Below, piece after piece: positions 17,910 to 27,491 of a stretch of DNA of 33,538 bases. Made by a program: the position numbers and the translations under genes. Each line of letters begins with the position of its first letter. The stretch's first letter is position 1. The stretch comes from an uncultured bacterium (lineage in GTDB: Bacteria > Hydrogenedentota > Hydrogenedentia > Hydrogenedentales > JAEUWI01). The DNA is taken from positions 1-33,538 of the forward strand of contig CAXBPH010000047.1 in NCBI GenBank assembly GCA_963977445.1, given 5' to 3'. A model generated the notes under the pieces. That model saw only the letters and a program-made list of their open reading frames with translations, was not told the origin of the DNA and did not search any database.

Positions 17910-20306
17910 ATGCGCATTTCACTGAATTGGTTACAAGACTATATTGATATTGACGTCCCCGTGGAAGCGCTTGCCCACGAGATGACCATGCTGGGTTTGG
18001 AAATCGAGTCAATTGAGCAGCTGGGCGATGACGTTCAGGGCGTGGTGGTCGGCAAAATTATCCAGATTGAACCCCATCCCGATGCGGATAAAATTGTGGT
18101 ATGCCAGACCGATGTGGGTGGGGATGAGCCCCTACAGATTTGCTGTGGGGCGAAGAACATGAAGGTGGGGGACAAGGTGCCCACAGCGGTGGTTGGTGCA
18201 TCCCTCCCCGGTGGTTTTCAGATCGCCCGTCGTAAGATGCGCGGTGTCGAATCCCAGGGCATGATGTGTGCCGCCCAGGAAATTGGCCTCCCCGAAGGGG
18301 AAGACGGCCTGCTCATTCTCGATGAAGACCTGCCCATCGGTGCGGATATCAAAGAAGTACTGGGCTTGGGCGATGTGGTCCTGGAAATCGAAGTGACGCC
18401 GAATCGCGCCGATTGGGCCAGCATGATTGGTGTTGCCCGGGAATTGTCCGCACGCTACCAGAGCGAACTACGCATTCCTGAGGTGGCGCTCATCGAGCAG
18501 GGTGCACCGATTGAGACCGTCATATCGGTCACCGTGGAAGATTCCGAACTGTGCCCACGCTATATGGGACGGATGCTGACGGATGTCACGGTGGGGCCGA
18601 GTCCCGAATGGCTTTGCGAGCGACTGGTGGCCGCTGGACAGCGTCCGATTAACAATATTGTGGATATCACCAACTTCGTTCTCCTGGAGACGGGTCAGCC
18701 CCTACACGCCTTTGACTTCGACAAACTCGCCGACAAGCGTATTGTCGTTCGGAAGGCCCAGGCCAACGAACCTATCAACACGCTCGATGGGGAAGCCCGG
18801 AAGCTCGGCGAAGAGATGCTGGTGATCGCCGACGGGAAGAATCCCCAGTGCGTCGCCGGCGTCATGGGTGGTGCCGACAGCGAAGTCGGTGACAGCACCA
18901 CGACGATCTTCCTGGAGAGTGCCTTCTTTCAGCCCGCGTCAGTGCGAAAGACATCGCGCCAACTGGGGCTGGTTTCGGAATCCTCCCAGCGATTTCAGCG
19001 CGGTGCCGATCCCGAAATGGCCGCCTATGCACTGGACCGGGCCGCCGAATTGATTCAGGATCTGGCGTCCGCCAAGATTGCACACGGCGTAATCGATCAC
19101 TACCCGACACCCTTCGTGCCCCGGGAAGTTACGCTCCGCTATGCCCGTACCTACCGCTTGCTTGGGGTGGACGTTCCGCCGGAAGAGCAACGGGACTACC
19201 TGGAGCGCCTTGAATTTGAGATACTGGACCACAACGACACTGAGGTGAATGTGCGCGTGCCCTTGCGCCGCCACGATGTCAGCATGGAAGCCGATCTTAT
19301 CGAAGAGATTGCCCGGCTATACAGCTTCGACAACATCCCCGTATCGTTGCCCCGCGCACGTCAGTGTGAAAAGGTTTTCGCGCCTCAGGAAAAGCGAATC
19401 CGCACCTTGCGTCACTTTCTGGTGGGATTGGGCCTGACCGAGTTCTACAACTGGTCCTTCAGCAACGCCGACGAAGTGGAGCGTGCTGCCTTGCCCGAGC
19501 AATACCGCGCCATGGTTAAGTTGGAAAATCCCCTTTCTGAGAAGCAGGCTACCATGCGTTCGAGCATTGTTCCCGCAGCCATTGGAAATGCCGCGCGAAA
19601 TCTGAACCATGGTGTTCCGTCGGTATCCGCCTTTGAAATTGGACCTATCTATGTTCCCGGAGAAGGCGACGCCATGCCGGGGCAGCACAATCGGGTTTCT
19701 TTTGTCCTGGCTGGAGAGATGGAGTCGGCCCATTGGTCGCGCTCCAAGCGTGTCGTGGATTTCTACGATATGAAGGGCATCATCGAGGAGTTGGTTGGTC
19801 ACTTTGGCCTGACGGCTACCTTTGAAGCTTCCGACTGGCTGACGTTCCAACTGGGACAGCGGGCGACCGTGCGTGTTGGAAAACACGTCGTGGGTACCTT
19901 TGGCCGTGTTGCCAGTGCCGTTGCCCGCGCCTTTGAAAGTGACCAGGTGATTTACGTTGCAGAAATCGACCTGGACCTGCTGTTGTCCCAGGAAGTCAGC
20001 GAGCCCCAGTTTCAGGCCGTCCCCACTTTTCCGCCGTCGGTGCGCGATCTCGCGGTTGTCGTTGATAGCGCGGTGCCCGCCGGCGAATTGCGGGAAAAGG
20101 CCGCTCAGTCGGGCGGTAAAATACTGCGTTCCGTCGAACTCTTTGATATATTTGAAGGGGAGCAAGTAGGAGCGGGTAAGAAGAGTGTGGCCTTGAACCT
20201 GGTCTTCCAATCAGAGGAGCGCACCTTGACCGACAAAGATACGCAGAAGGCCATCGACAAAGTGTTGAAGCGCCTCAAACATGAATATAAGGCGGAGCTT
20301 CGTTGA
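17910..20306 (+). CDS. pheT: Phenylalanyl-tRNA synthetase beta subunit
   Basis: HPDADK, RGVESQGMMC, TPNRAD, NNIVDITN, DLIEEIARLY, C-terminal FDX-ACB domain (RDLAVVV...ERTLTD). Confidence 0.99.
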   Translation: MRISLNWLQDYIDIDVPVEALAHEMTMLGLEIESIEQLGDDVQGVVVGKIIQIEPHPDADKIVVCQTDVGGDEPLQICCGAKNMKVGDKVPTAVVGASLPGGFQIARRKMRGVESQGMMCAAQEIGLPEGEDGLLILDEDLPIGADIKEVLGLGDVVLEIEVTPNRADWASMIGVARELSARYQSELRIPEVALIEQGAPIETVISVTVEDSELCPRYMGRMLTDVTVGPSPEWLCERLVAAGQRPINNIVDITNFVLLETGQPLHAFDFDKLADKRIVVRKAQANEPINTLDGEARKLGEEMLVIADGKNPQCVAGVMGGADSEVGDSTTTIFLESAFFQPASVRKTSRQLGLVSESSQRFQRGADPEMAAYALDRAAELIQDLASAKIAHGVIDHYPTPFVPREVTLRYARTYRLLGVDVPPEEQRDYLERLEFEILDHNDTEVNVRVPLRRHDVSMEADLIEEIARLYSFDNIPVSLPRARQCEKVFAPQEKRIRTLRHFLVGLGLTEFYNWSFSNADEVERAALPEQYRAMVKLENPLSEKQATMRSSIVPAAIGNAARNLNHGVPSVSAFEIGPIYVPGEGDAMPGQHNRVSFVLAGEMESAHWSRSKRVVDFYDMKGIIEELVGHFGLTATFEASDWLTFQLGQRATVRVGKHVVGTFGRVASAVARAFESDQVIYVAEIDLDLLLSQEVSEPQFQAVPTFPPSVRDLAVVVDSAVPAGELREKAAQSGGKILRSVELFDIFEGEQVGAGKKSVALNLVFQSEERTLTDKDTQKAIDKVLKRLKHEYKAELR

Positions 20307-20599
20307 ACCCACTGGTCAAAAGTTATCTCCGCCAGATAACAGAGTCCACGGCGGCGCTGAATGAAATCCTCTCGCAACAGCGGGAGACGATTGCGATCCA
20401 ACAGGAATCGCGCGATGCGCTGCAGAAACAGGTGTGGAGCCGAAGCAAAGAAAATATTGTCCTGCAGGGAGCTGCTGCGGACTACGATGAATTGAAACAG
20501 GCCAACACCGCCTTTCGGGAACGAGAGGCGGAGTTGGCTGTTCGTTTACGCAATGTCCTGGCCTATTCCAGGGCACTGACCGAGGAAATTCGCCGATGA
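20303..20599 (+). CDS. Short coiled-coil protein, ZapB-like by position
   Basis: Heptad-rich 98 aa, overlapping the pheT stop and the next gene's start. Confidence 0.55.
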   Translation: MNPLVKSYLRQITESTAALNEILSQQRETIAIQQESRDALQKQVWSRSKENIVLQGAAADYDELKQANTAFREREAELAVRLRNVLAYSRALTEEIRR

Positions 20600-20898
20600 A
20601 AGGTGAAACGGTTCAGACCAAAATCGCAAATGTGACCCTGCGCCTCCCGGTCTTTCGGGATGAAAAAACGACCCTCGAATTGGCCGAAGAAGTGGGGAGA
20701 GTGGTCCTGGCGATGGAAGCCGATGCGGAGCGCTTTGATACCCAGGCCTTCGCCCTGCGGGCCGCCTTCGAATTTGCCCGAAGGCTCAAGGCACTGGAGT
20801 TGGAGAACGCGGCGGACCTTCACGAGCTCGTCAAGGCCCTGGATGGCATGGCAACGGGGCTCCATCAATTGGTCGAAGAATTCGACGAAGATCAATAG
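20596..20898 (+). CDS. zapA: Cell division protein ZapA-like
   Basis: N-terminal beta hairpin (TVQTKIANVTLRLP), 'ELAEEVGR', 'ALRAAFEFA', C-terminal coiled coil; canonical position after pheT. Confidence 0.65.
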   Translation: MKGETVQTKIANVTLRLPVFRDEKTTLELAEEVGRVVLAMEADAERFDTQAFALRAAFEFARRLKALELENAADLHELVKALDGMATGLHQLVEEFDEDQ

Positions 20899-21057
20899 GG
20901 CGAGTGGGGGCCTTCCCGCTGCACCCGTTATCAACGTCTCCACAGTTCTTTCCGGTCACCATTTCTCCCCCAGTCGCCTCCAGCCTCTCCATTGTTTTTC
21001 ACCGAAAAATGATGCACTATGAGTGCATTCATTTGGTAGTAACTGGAGAGTTTGGGC

Positions 21058-22335
21058 ATGAAGCAAACTACACGTAGACAGGTATTGCAACAAGGCGTCG
21101 CGGCTATAGCGACCCTTTCGGTGGCCTCGGGAAGCCGCGCTGCGGAGCCGGGCAAACCCATCCGCCATGCGGTCATTGGCTTGGGTGGCCAGGGACAGCG
21201 ACACGTCAGTTCTTTTGCCCGTTCCACCAACGCCAGCGTCGTCGCGGTGTGCGACCTCGACCCGGAACGACGGGGTAAAGTGGCCGAGTGGATGAAGGGC
21301 AAATTTGAGGCCCGTCTGGAAGATGATTTTCATTCAATTATTGACGACCCCGATATTGACAGTGTCAGCATTGCCACCCCCGACCACTGGCACACCCCCA
21401 TTGCGCTCCACGCCCTGAAGGCGGGCAAGCACGTCTATGTGGAAAAGCCCTGTGCCCACAACATGGCCGAAGCCTATGCTCTCGAAAAAGCGGCGGCTTC
21501 CACTGGCTTGTGTGTGCAGCATGGTACCCAGCACCGCAGTGGCGAAGGCCCCATGCTCGCCGTGAAATTCATGCGCGATGGGGGACTGGGCAAGGTGCGC
21601 ATGGCCAAGGCGATCAACCACCAGATGCGTGGTCCCATCGGTCGCGCAGAAGTTTCTTCGCCGCCAGCGGGTGTCGACTATGACCGGTGGTTGGGCCCGG
21701 CCCCGGAGCATGCCTTTACCAAAAATCGCTGGCACTACAACTGGCATTGGTTCTGGGAGTATGGCTGTGGCGACGCGGGCAACGATGGTATCCATCAGAT
21801 TGATATGATGCGTTGGGGAATGGGTGTGGGCTATCCCAAACGTGTGGTCGGAAGTGGGGGGCAGCTCTTCTATGACGACGATCACGAGACGCCCGATACG
21901 CAGGTGGTCACCTTCGAATACGACGACTGCTATCTCATGTATGAGATGCGCCTCTGGACCGACTACAAGATGGAAGGACACGACAATGGCGTGGTCTTCT
22001 ATGGCGATAAAGGCATCATGGAGGTGGGCCGTAACGGCTGCGAAGTCACGCTGATTGGGGAAGAAAAGAAGAAAATCGGTGGCCCCAATGACTTCGACGC
22101 AAACATTCAAAATTTTGTCGATTGTGTCCATGCCGGAACGCCAGACCAATTGAATGCACCTATCCGCGAGGGGGTTATCTCTACGGCCTTGTGTCATCTG
22201 GCGAATATCAGCACCCGTGTATCCCGTCCATTGCAGATGTCGGCCGATGGGCGTGCGATCGAAAACGACGCCGAGGCCCAGGGGCTCATGTCGCGAAGCT
22301 ACCGGAAGGGTTACGAACTCCCCCATGTCGGATAA
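21058..22335 (+). CDS. Tat-exported Gfo/Idh/MocA family oxidoreductase
   Basis: TRRQVL twin-arginine signal, IGLGGQG, IATPDHWH, GKHVYVEKP, DYDRWLGPAP; RBS GGAGAG. Confidence 0.93.
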   Translation: MKQTTRRQVLQQGVAAIATLSVASGSRAAEPGKPIRHAVIGLGGQGQRHVSSFARSTNASVVAVCDLDPERRGKVAEWMKGKFEARLEDDFHSIIDDPDIDSVSIATPDHWHTPIALHALKAGKHVYVEKPCAHNMAEAYALEKAAASTGLCVQHGTQHRSGEGPMLAVKFMRDGGLGKVRMAKAINHQMRGPIGRAEVSSPPAGVDYDRWLGPAPEHAFTKNRWHYNWHWFWEYGCGDAGNDGIHQIDMMRWGMGVGYPKRVVGSGGQLFYDDDHETPDTQVVTFEYDDCYLMYEMRLWTDYKMEGHDNGVVFYGDKGIMEVGRNGCEVTLIGEEKKKIGGPNDFDANIQNFVDCVHAGTPDQLNAPIREGVISTALCHLANISTRVSRPLQMSADGRAIENDAEAQGLMSRSYRKGYELPHVG

Positions 22336-23188
22336 AAACATCGGATTAATTGGGCTGGGGCTGCTGGGAAAGGCCCTGGCCCAACGTCTTATAGACGGGG
22401 GATACCGGGTTTGTGGATATGACATCGACGAGGGAGCCCGTGAAGCTGCGGGTTCCCTGGGTGTCGCGGTCCTGTCATCGCCCGAGGCGGTCGCTACGTG
22501 CTGCACGTCCATCCTGCTGAGTCTGCCCCATTCCGAGGTGCGCAGTGAGTTGCTCTTTGGTGATTCCAATTGGGCGGCCAGCCTCACCGAAGGCACGCTG
22601 CTGCTGGATACGACAACCGGTCGTGCCGAGGATCTTGAGCGTGATGCCGAGCGCCTCCGGGCCCTGGATGTCTATCTGATCGACGTGTGCGTGCTCGCCT
22701 CCAGCGCCCAGGTGGGGAACAAGGATGCGGTGCTCCTGGTGGGCGACTCCGAAGGTCGGGCCGTGGGCTATGCGCCCATCATCCAATGTTTTGCGCGACG
22801 CATCTTCTATCTGGGTAAACCGGGGGATGGGTGTCGCATGAAGCTGGTGGCCAATCAGGTAGTGGGACTTCATCGGCTGGTGTTGGCGGAGGCGCTGGGA
22901 CTGGCGGACCACGTGGGTCTTGACCCGGAAGTCACACTGGCGGTGTTGCAGTCCGGCCTGGCCGCTTCCGCCGTCATGGCGACGAAGGGCCGAAAGATGC
23001 TGGATCGCGATTTCGAGCCGGTCGCCCGTGTGGCCCAGCATGCGAAGGATGTTGACCTGATTCTGGAGCTCGGGGACCAGTCCGGGGCGAAATTGCCCTT
23101 GAGTCGTTTGCACCAGGAGATCCTGCAGGGACTCATCCAGGACGGCTTTGGTGGTGAAGATAACTCGGCGGTCATTCGAGCTTTTTGA
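22325..23188 (+). CDS. NAD(P)-dependent beta-hydroxyacid dehydrogenase (HIBADH/GarR-like)
   Basis: Start MSDKNIGLIGLGLLG (Rossmann fold), MKLVAN catalytic Lys, LAEALGLA, KDVDL; the track start at 22154 is spurious. Confidence 0.88.
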   Translation: MSDKNIGLIGLGLLGKALAQRLIDGGYRVCGYDIDEGAREAAGSLGVAVLSSPEAVATCCTSILLSLPHSEVRSELLFGDSNWAASLTEGTLLLDTTTGRAEDLERDAERLRALDVYLIDVCVLASSAQVGNKDAVLLVGDSEGRAVGYAPIIQCFARRIFYLGKPGDGCRMKLVANQVVGLHRLVLAEALGLADHVGLDPEVTLAVLQSGLAASAVMATKGRKMLDRDFEPVARVAQHAKDVDLILELGDQSGAKLPLSRLHQEILQGLIQDGFGGEDNSAVIRAF

Positions 23189-23205
23189 GGTTCAGGCGGC
23201 CTCGG

Positions 23206-24000
23206 CTACTTCTCGTGTCCCTTGAAGTGGTCCATGGCGCGATAAATACCCAGTCCCTTGCCGATGACGGGTTCAAAAATCCACGAGGGCAGCAGGTTGT
23301 AACACAGGGGCATGAGATTGACCATCCAGGGCATGTTCACTTTGGCGTGATTGCCTTCTATGGCACGTAGAATTCGTCCCGCAGCGTATTCCGGGGCGAG
23401 TATGGGGGCGCCGATAGGCGCGGTAACGCCATCAAACATGCCCGTGTTGATGTAGCTGGGGCAGACCGTTGTGACGTGGACGTTGGGTTGGTCGCGAAGT
23501 TCCACGCGGAGGGATTCGGAGAAACCCAGGCACGCCCATTTGCTGGCGGCGTAGGTGGTGAGTCGGGGAAGGGGTATGTAGCCCGAGGCCGAGGCCATAT
23601 TGACGATATGGCCGCCCTGCGCCAGCATGTGGGGAAGAAAGGCCCGTGTCGTATGTATGACGCCCGACACATTCACGCCAATGGTGCGGTCAATGTCTTC
23701 GTGGCTCTGCTCCGCCAGGGGTTTACCCGCCACGATTCCCGCATTGTTGATTAGAATATCGATGGGGCCTGCCGCTTCGGCAGCGCGCGCGATTGCCGCA
23801 CTATCCTGTACATCGACTACCATGCCTTCAACGGGTGCACTTCCCGACAGTTCGGCCACCGTAGTGTCCAACGTGGCCTTGCTGATGTCCCACAGGACAA
23901 TTCGGGCCGCCTGACGTTCGATACACCGTTGGGCGAGCAATTTTCCGAGCCCTTGAGCGCCACCGGTAATTAAAACGGTCTTATTCGCAATACGTGTCAC
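23206..24000 (-). CDS. Short-chain dehydrogenase/reductase
   Basis: ITGGAQGLG, LINNAG, NMASASG, YAASK, VCPSYINTGMF. Confidence 0.95.
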   Translation of the reverse strand: MTRIANKTVLITGGAQGLGKLLAQRCIERQAARIVLWDISKATLDTTVAELSGSAPVEGMVVDVQDSAAIARAAEAAGPIDILINNAGIVAGKPLAEQSHEDIDRTIGVNVSGVIHTTRAFLPHMLAQGGHIVNMASASGYIPLPRLTTYAASKWACLGFSESLRVELRDQPNVHVTTVCPSYINTGMFDGVTAPIGAPILAPEYAAGRILRAIEGNHAKVNMPWMVNLMPLCYNLLPSWIFEPVIGKGLGIYRAMDHFKGHEK

Positions 24001-24094
24001 AAAACTCTCCTAGAAATACTTGTTCGCGAAAGAGTAGCATAACCACTCCATAAAGCGAAGCGTACGAGAGCGAATTCCGGAAAGTGCAGGAATC

Positions 24095-25405
24095 ATGTCA
24101 AACGAAATCACCCGTAGAAACTTTACGAAAACGTCCGTCGCTGCCTTGGGCGTCGCTGCAGCCGGCGTGGCCCGCGCACAGAGCACCCCGAGCGCCAACG
24201 ATAAGATACGACTTGGCTTTATCGGCGTGGGGAACCGTGGTGGCCAACTCATCAACGCCTTCATGGCCCACGAGGACAAAGAAATCATCGCGATTTGCGA
24301 TATCTATGAGCCCTACCTCGCGCAGCAAAAGGAACGCATTGGCGGCAATGTAGAAACCTACAAGGATTTCCGCAAGATTATCGAGCACCCCGGCATCGAC
24401 GCGATCGTGATCGCCACGCCCGATCACTGGCACGCCATCATGACCATTGACGCCTGCAACGCCGGGAAAGATGTGTATTGCGAAAAACCCTTGTCTATCA
24501 CGGTCCACGAAGGACGTAAAATGGTGGAAGCGGCCCGTCGAAATAAACGCATTGTCCAGGTGGGTACCCACCGACGTTCCTCACCGCTCTATCACCGACT
24601 CCACGATGTGGTCAGCTCCGGGAAGATTGGCCATGTGACCGTTGGCCGTTCTTATCGCCTCAGCAACATGTATCCCAACGGCATAGGCAAGTCGGCCCAT
24701 ACCACGCCCCCGGCCGACCTCGACTGGGACATGTGGCTCGGCCCCCGTCCCGCGCGGCCCTATCAGGACAACATTGCGCCCTACAAATTCCGCTGGTGGC
24801 ACCTCTACTCCTCGCAGATGGGGAACTGGGGCGTCCACTACCTCGATGCGAGCCGATGGATGTGTGATGACCTGTCACCCTCCTCGGTGTGCGCCATGGG
24901 AGGGCGATTTGCCATCGACGATGATCGCACGGTACCCGATACGATGGAGGCCGTGTTTCAATTGCCCTCGGGCCGCCTGTTTACCTTCGGACAATACGAA
25001 GCGAGCGGTAATCCGGCGCTTCGATCGGGCGAAGTGGAACTACGCGGTACCCAGGGCACGGTATACGTGAGTGGTAACAGTTACCAGATTATTCCCGAGC
25101 GAGGTGGGCAATTTCAGGATAGGGAACCCCGAATGGAGGCAATGGAGGATAAGGACGAGGGCAACAACGCAACGTTGACCGAGCATCATGCCCGGAACTT
25201 CCTGGATTGTGTTCGTTCCCGTGAATTGCCCAATGCGGATGTGGAAATCGGCCACCGCTCGACGACCTTCAGTCTGCTGGCCAACATTTCCATTGCCATC
25301 GGCATTCGCCTGGAATGGGATGCCGAAAAAGAGCAAATTACCAATAGCAACGAAGCCAATGACCTCCTTCACTACGAATATCGCGGTGATTGGAAGCTGG
25401 GTTAG
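24095..25405 (+). CDS. Tat-exported Gfo/Idh/MocA family oxidoreductase
   Basis: TRRNF twin-arginine signal, IGVGNRG, IATPDHWH, GKDVYCEKP, DWDMWLGP, NWGVH. Confidence 0.95.
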   Translation: MSNEITRRNFTKTSVAALGVAAAGVARAQSTPSANDKIRLGFIGVGNRGGQLINAFMAHEDKEIIAICDIYEPYLAQQKERIGGNVETYKDFRKIIEHPGIDAIVIATPDHWHAIMTIDACNAGKDVYCEKPLSITVHEGRKMVEAARRNKRIVQVGTHRRSSPLYHRLHDVVSSGKIGHVTVGRSYRLSNMYPNGIGKSAHTTPPADLDWDMWLGPRPARPYQDNIAPYKFRWWHLYSSQMGNWGVHYLDASRWMCDDLSPSSVCAMGGRFAIDDDRTVPDTMEAVFQLPSGRLFTFGQYEASGNPALRSGEVELRGTQGTVYVSGNSYQIIPERGGQFQDREPRMEAMEDKDEGNNATLTEHHARNFLDCVRSRELPNADVEIGHRSTTFSLLANISIAIGIRLEWDAEKEQITNSNEANDLLHYEYRGDWKLG

Positions 25406-25500
25406 GGGACACCCCACGTCGCAGGCTTTCTCCGCGAAGGGGTGAATCCAAAAATGACGTGGGCGAACAAGTCGACCGTAATATAGCCAAGCGTACGTTT

Positions 25501-25669
25501 GGGTGCCACGGACAAGCCCGCAGGGCTTGCCCGTGATGAGACTGGAGTTCGGCACCTATTCTTCGGCAATGCAAAAGGTAGTTCGGGTACTGAATAATAG
25601 GACCCATATGAATTTCTCAGAGCACCAATGTTAACACGGGCAAGCCCTGCGGGCTTGTCCGTGGCACCC
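25501..25669. repeat. REPIN-like doublet: two perfect inverted 35-bp palindromic REP units with a 99-bp spacer
   Basis: GGGTGCCACGGACAAGCCCGCAGGGCTTGCCCGTG at 25501-25535 and its exact reverse complement at 25635-25669; each unit is itself a hairpin. Confidence 0.88.
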
Positions 25670-25726
25670 CGAATTTTCTCATATAACAACGGGTACACCG
25701 GACATCTCAACGTCTTGTGTATCTTC

Positions 25727-25775
25727 CTCGTTCCCAAGCTCTGCTTGGGAATGCAGTCCCCGGAGCTCTGCTCCG
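25727..25775. repeat. Second-class REP-like element with two tandem hairpins
   Basis: TTCCCAAGC-TCT-GCTTGGGAA (25731-25751) and CGGAGC-TCT-GCTCCG (25761-25775), sharing the AGCTCTGCT core. Confidence 0.6.
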
Positions 25776-25913
25776 AATGTAGAGCCAAATGACACGGGAC
25801 AATAAAAACTAAGACCTATGGTGAACGTAGGTTGGTCGTCAAGGGTGTCAGCACCGTGGCACACGCCTCTGGTGCAAGCAAGAGACAGCCGAGACATTTA
25901 AAGGATAGTAATC

Positions 25914-27491
25914 ATGCTAAACAAGACCATAGCGCTTTCCCTCGCAATAGGAATGGCACTTTTCGCCATTCCGGCCCTCGCCGCGCCCCTCACCCTGCAC
26001 ACCCGTGACCGGGTAAAAACGTCGGAATGGGTGCCACCGGAAAAGGCCCACACCAAGCTCGATATTCCCGTGAGTGAGCGCCCCTTCACCTTCGTGTACA
26101 AGACGCAGGAATGGGATTCCGCCAAGACGGCCATCATCGTCTGCGACATGTGGAATGATCTCAAGAATAAAATCCCCGCCGACCGCGTCGCTGAATTGGC
26201 GGTTGAAATGAATGAGGTACTCAAGGCAGCCCGGGAGAAGGGCGTCCTCATCATTCATGCGCCCAGTGCCACGGTGGATTTTTACAAGGACACGCCCCAG
26301 CGGGCCCGCTGCTTGAATGCGCCCGTCGTGGAGACCGACCCGCCACTCCAGTGGAATTATCTCAACAAGGACCGGGAGGCAGAACTCCCGGTAGACGATT
26401 CGGACAATGGCTGGGAGGGTCCGGTACTGGAGGGACGTCCCCAGACCCGCCAGCACCCGGCCATCGAAATCGGTGAAAATGACGCCATTGGCCACGAGAA
26501 GGAAGTCTATTACCTGCTCAAGGAAGAGGGCATCGAGAACGTTATCCTCATGGGCGTCCACACCAACATGTGCGTTTTGGGGCGGCCCTTCGGCATCCGC
26601 CAGTTGACCTATCTCGGTATGAACGTGGCCCTCATGCGCGATATGACCGATAGCCTCTACAACCCCGAAATGGAGCCGAAGGTCAGCCACTATCGCGGCA
26701 CGGAAATGATTATCGAGCACATCGAAAAGTATTGGTGTCCCACCGTGCTCAGCACCGATTTTACCAGTAAACCTGCCTTCCGTTTTTCGGGGGATACCCG
26801 TCCCCGCGTGGTATTCATGGTGAGCGACGACCATTATCACGGCGACAAGACCCTTCCCGAATTCGCCCAGATGCTTCGTGAAGAAGCGGGGATTGATGCC
26901 CTTGTGCTCCATGGCGAAGGGGGCAACGACATTCCCGGCACGGCGAATTTCGCCACCGCCGATGCGGTCTTTGTCTTCGTGCGCCGCCTGGGTCTGCCGC
27001 CAGAGCAAATCAAGGCCCTTCAGGATTACGTGGCCTCGGGTGGTGCGATTCTAGGCCTGCGCACGGCGAGCCACGCGTTCAAGATCAAGTTCGCCCCCGA
27101 TGGGAGTTACGAGTTACCCGAAGGGCAGGCCGAATGGACGACCTTCGACCACGACATCTTGGGCGGCAACTACAACAACCACCAGGCGAATGACCTGAAG
27201 TTGGATATTAAGAACGTCAACAGTATCCATCCGGTCATGGAAGGCGTAACCCCGGCGGAGTGGCGCAGCAAGGGCTCGCTCTACAACACCGCGCCCATTG
27301 CGGACGACGCCACCCTGCTTCAAGAAGGTACGGTACCCGGCGTGACGGAGCCTGTCACCTGGATTCGCGAAGCCGTGCCTGGTCGGGGCAAAGTCTTCTA
27401 CTCAAGCCTTGGTTACCCGGAAGATTTTAAAGAGCAACAGTTTCGCCAGATGCTGGTGAATGCCATCAAGTGGGCCGTGAAGGATAATTGA
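25914..27491 (+). CDS. Exported isochorismatase-like cysteine hydrolase fused to a ThuA-like domain
   Basis: Signal peptide; IIVCDMW and GVHTNMCVLGRPFGIRQ; C-terminal ThuA-like motifs (GLRTASHAF, GSLY, EPVTW, KVFYSSLGYPEDF). Confidence 0.88.
   Translation: MLNKTIALSLAIGMALFAIPALAAPLTLHTRDRVKTSEWVPPEKAHTKLDIPVSERPFTFVYKTQEWDSAKTAIIVCDMWNDLKNKIPADRVAELAVEMNEVLKAAREKGVLIIHAPSATVDFYKDTPQRARCLNAPVVETDPPLQWNYLNKDREAELPVDDSDNGWEGPVLEGRPQTRQHPAIEIGENDAIGHEKEVYYLLKEEGIENVILMGVHTNMCVLGRPFGIRQLTYLGMNVALMRDMTDSLYNPEMEPKVSHYRGTEMIIEHIEKYWCPTVLSTDFTSKPAFRFSGDTRPRVVFMVSDDHYHGDKTLPEFAQMLREEAGIDALVLHGEGGNDIPGTANFATADAVFVFVRRLGLPPEQIKALQDYVASGGAILGLRTASHAFKIKFAPDGSYELPEGQAEWTTFDHDILGGNYNNHQANDLKLDIKNVNSIHPVMEGVTPAEWRSKGSLYNTAPIADDATLLQEGTVPGVTEPVTWIREAVPGRGKVFYSSLGYPEDFKEQQFRQMLVNAIKWAVKDN

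Noticed and set aside
21334..22596. Long antisense ORFs (also 25917-27008, 16810-17868, 19317-20210, 14635-15486)
   Set aside because: They lie opposite well-supported genes, as expected from GC-rich codon bias, and show no recognisable domains.
25501..25669. CRISPR array
   Set aside because: Only two units, inverted rather than direct, and no cas genes.
25402..25897. Small ORFs (25402-25788, 25679-25897) as a transposase remnant
   Set aside because: They read through palindromic repeats and have no HUH or DDE motif.
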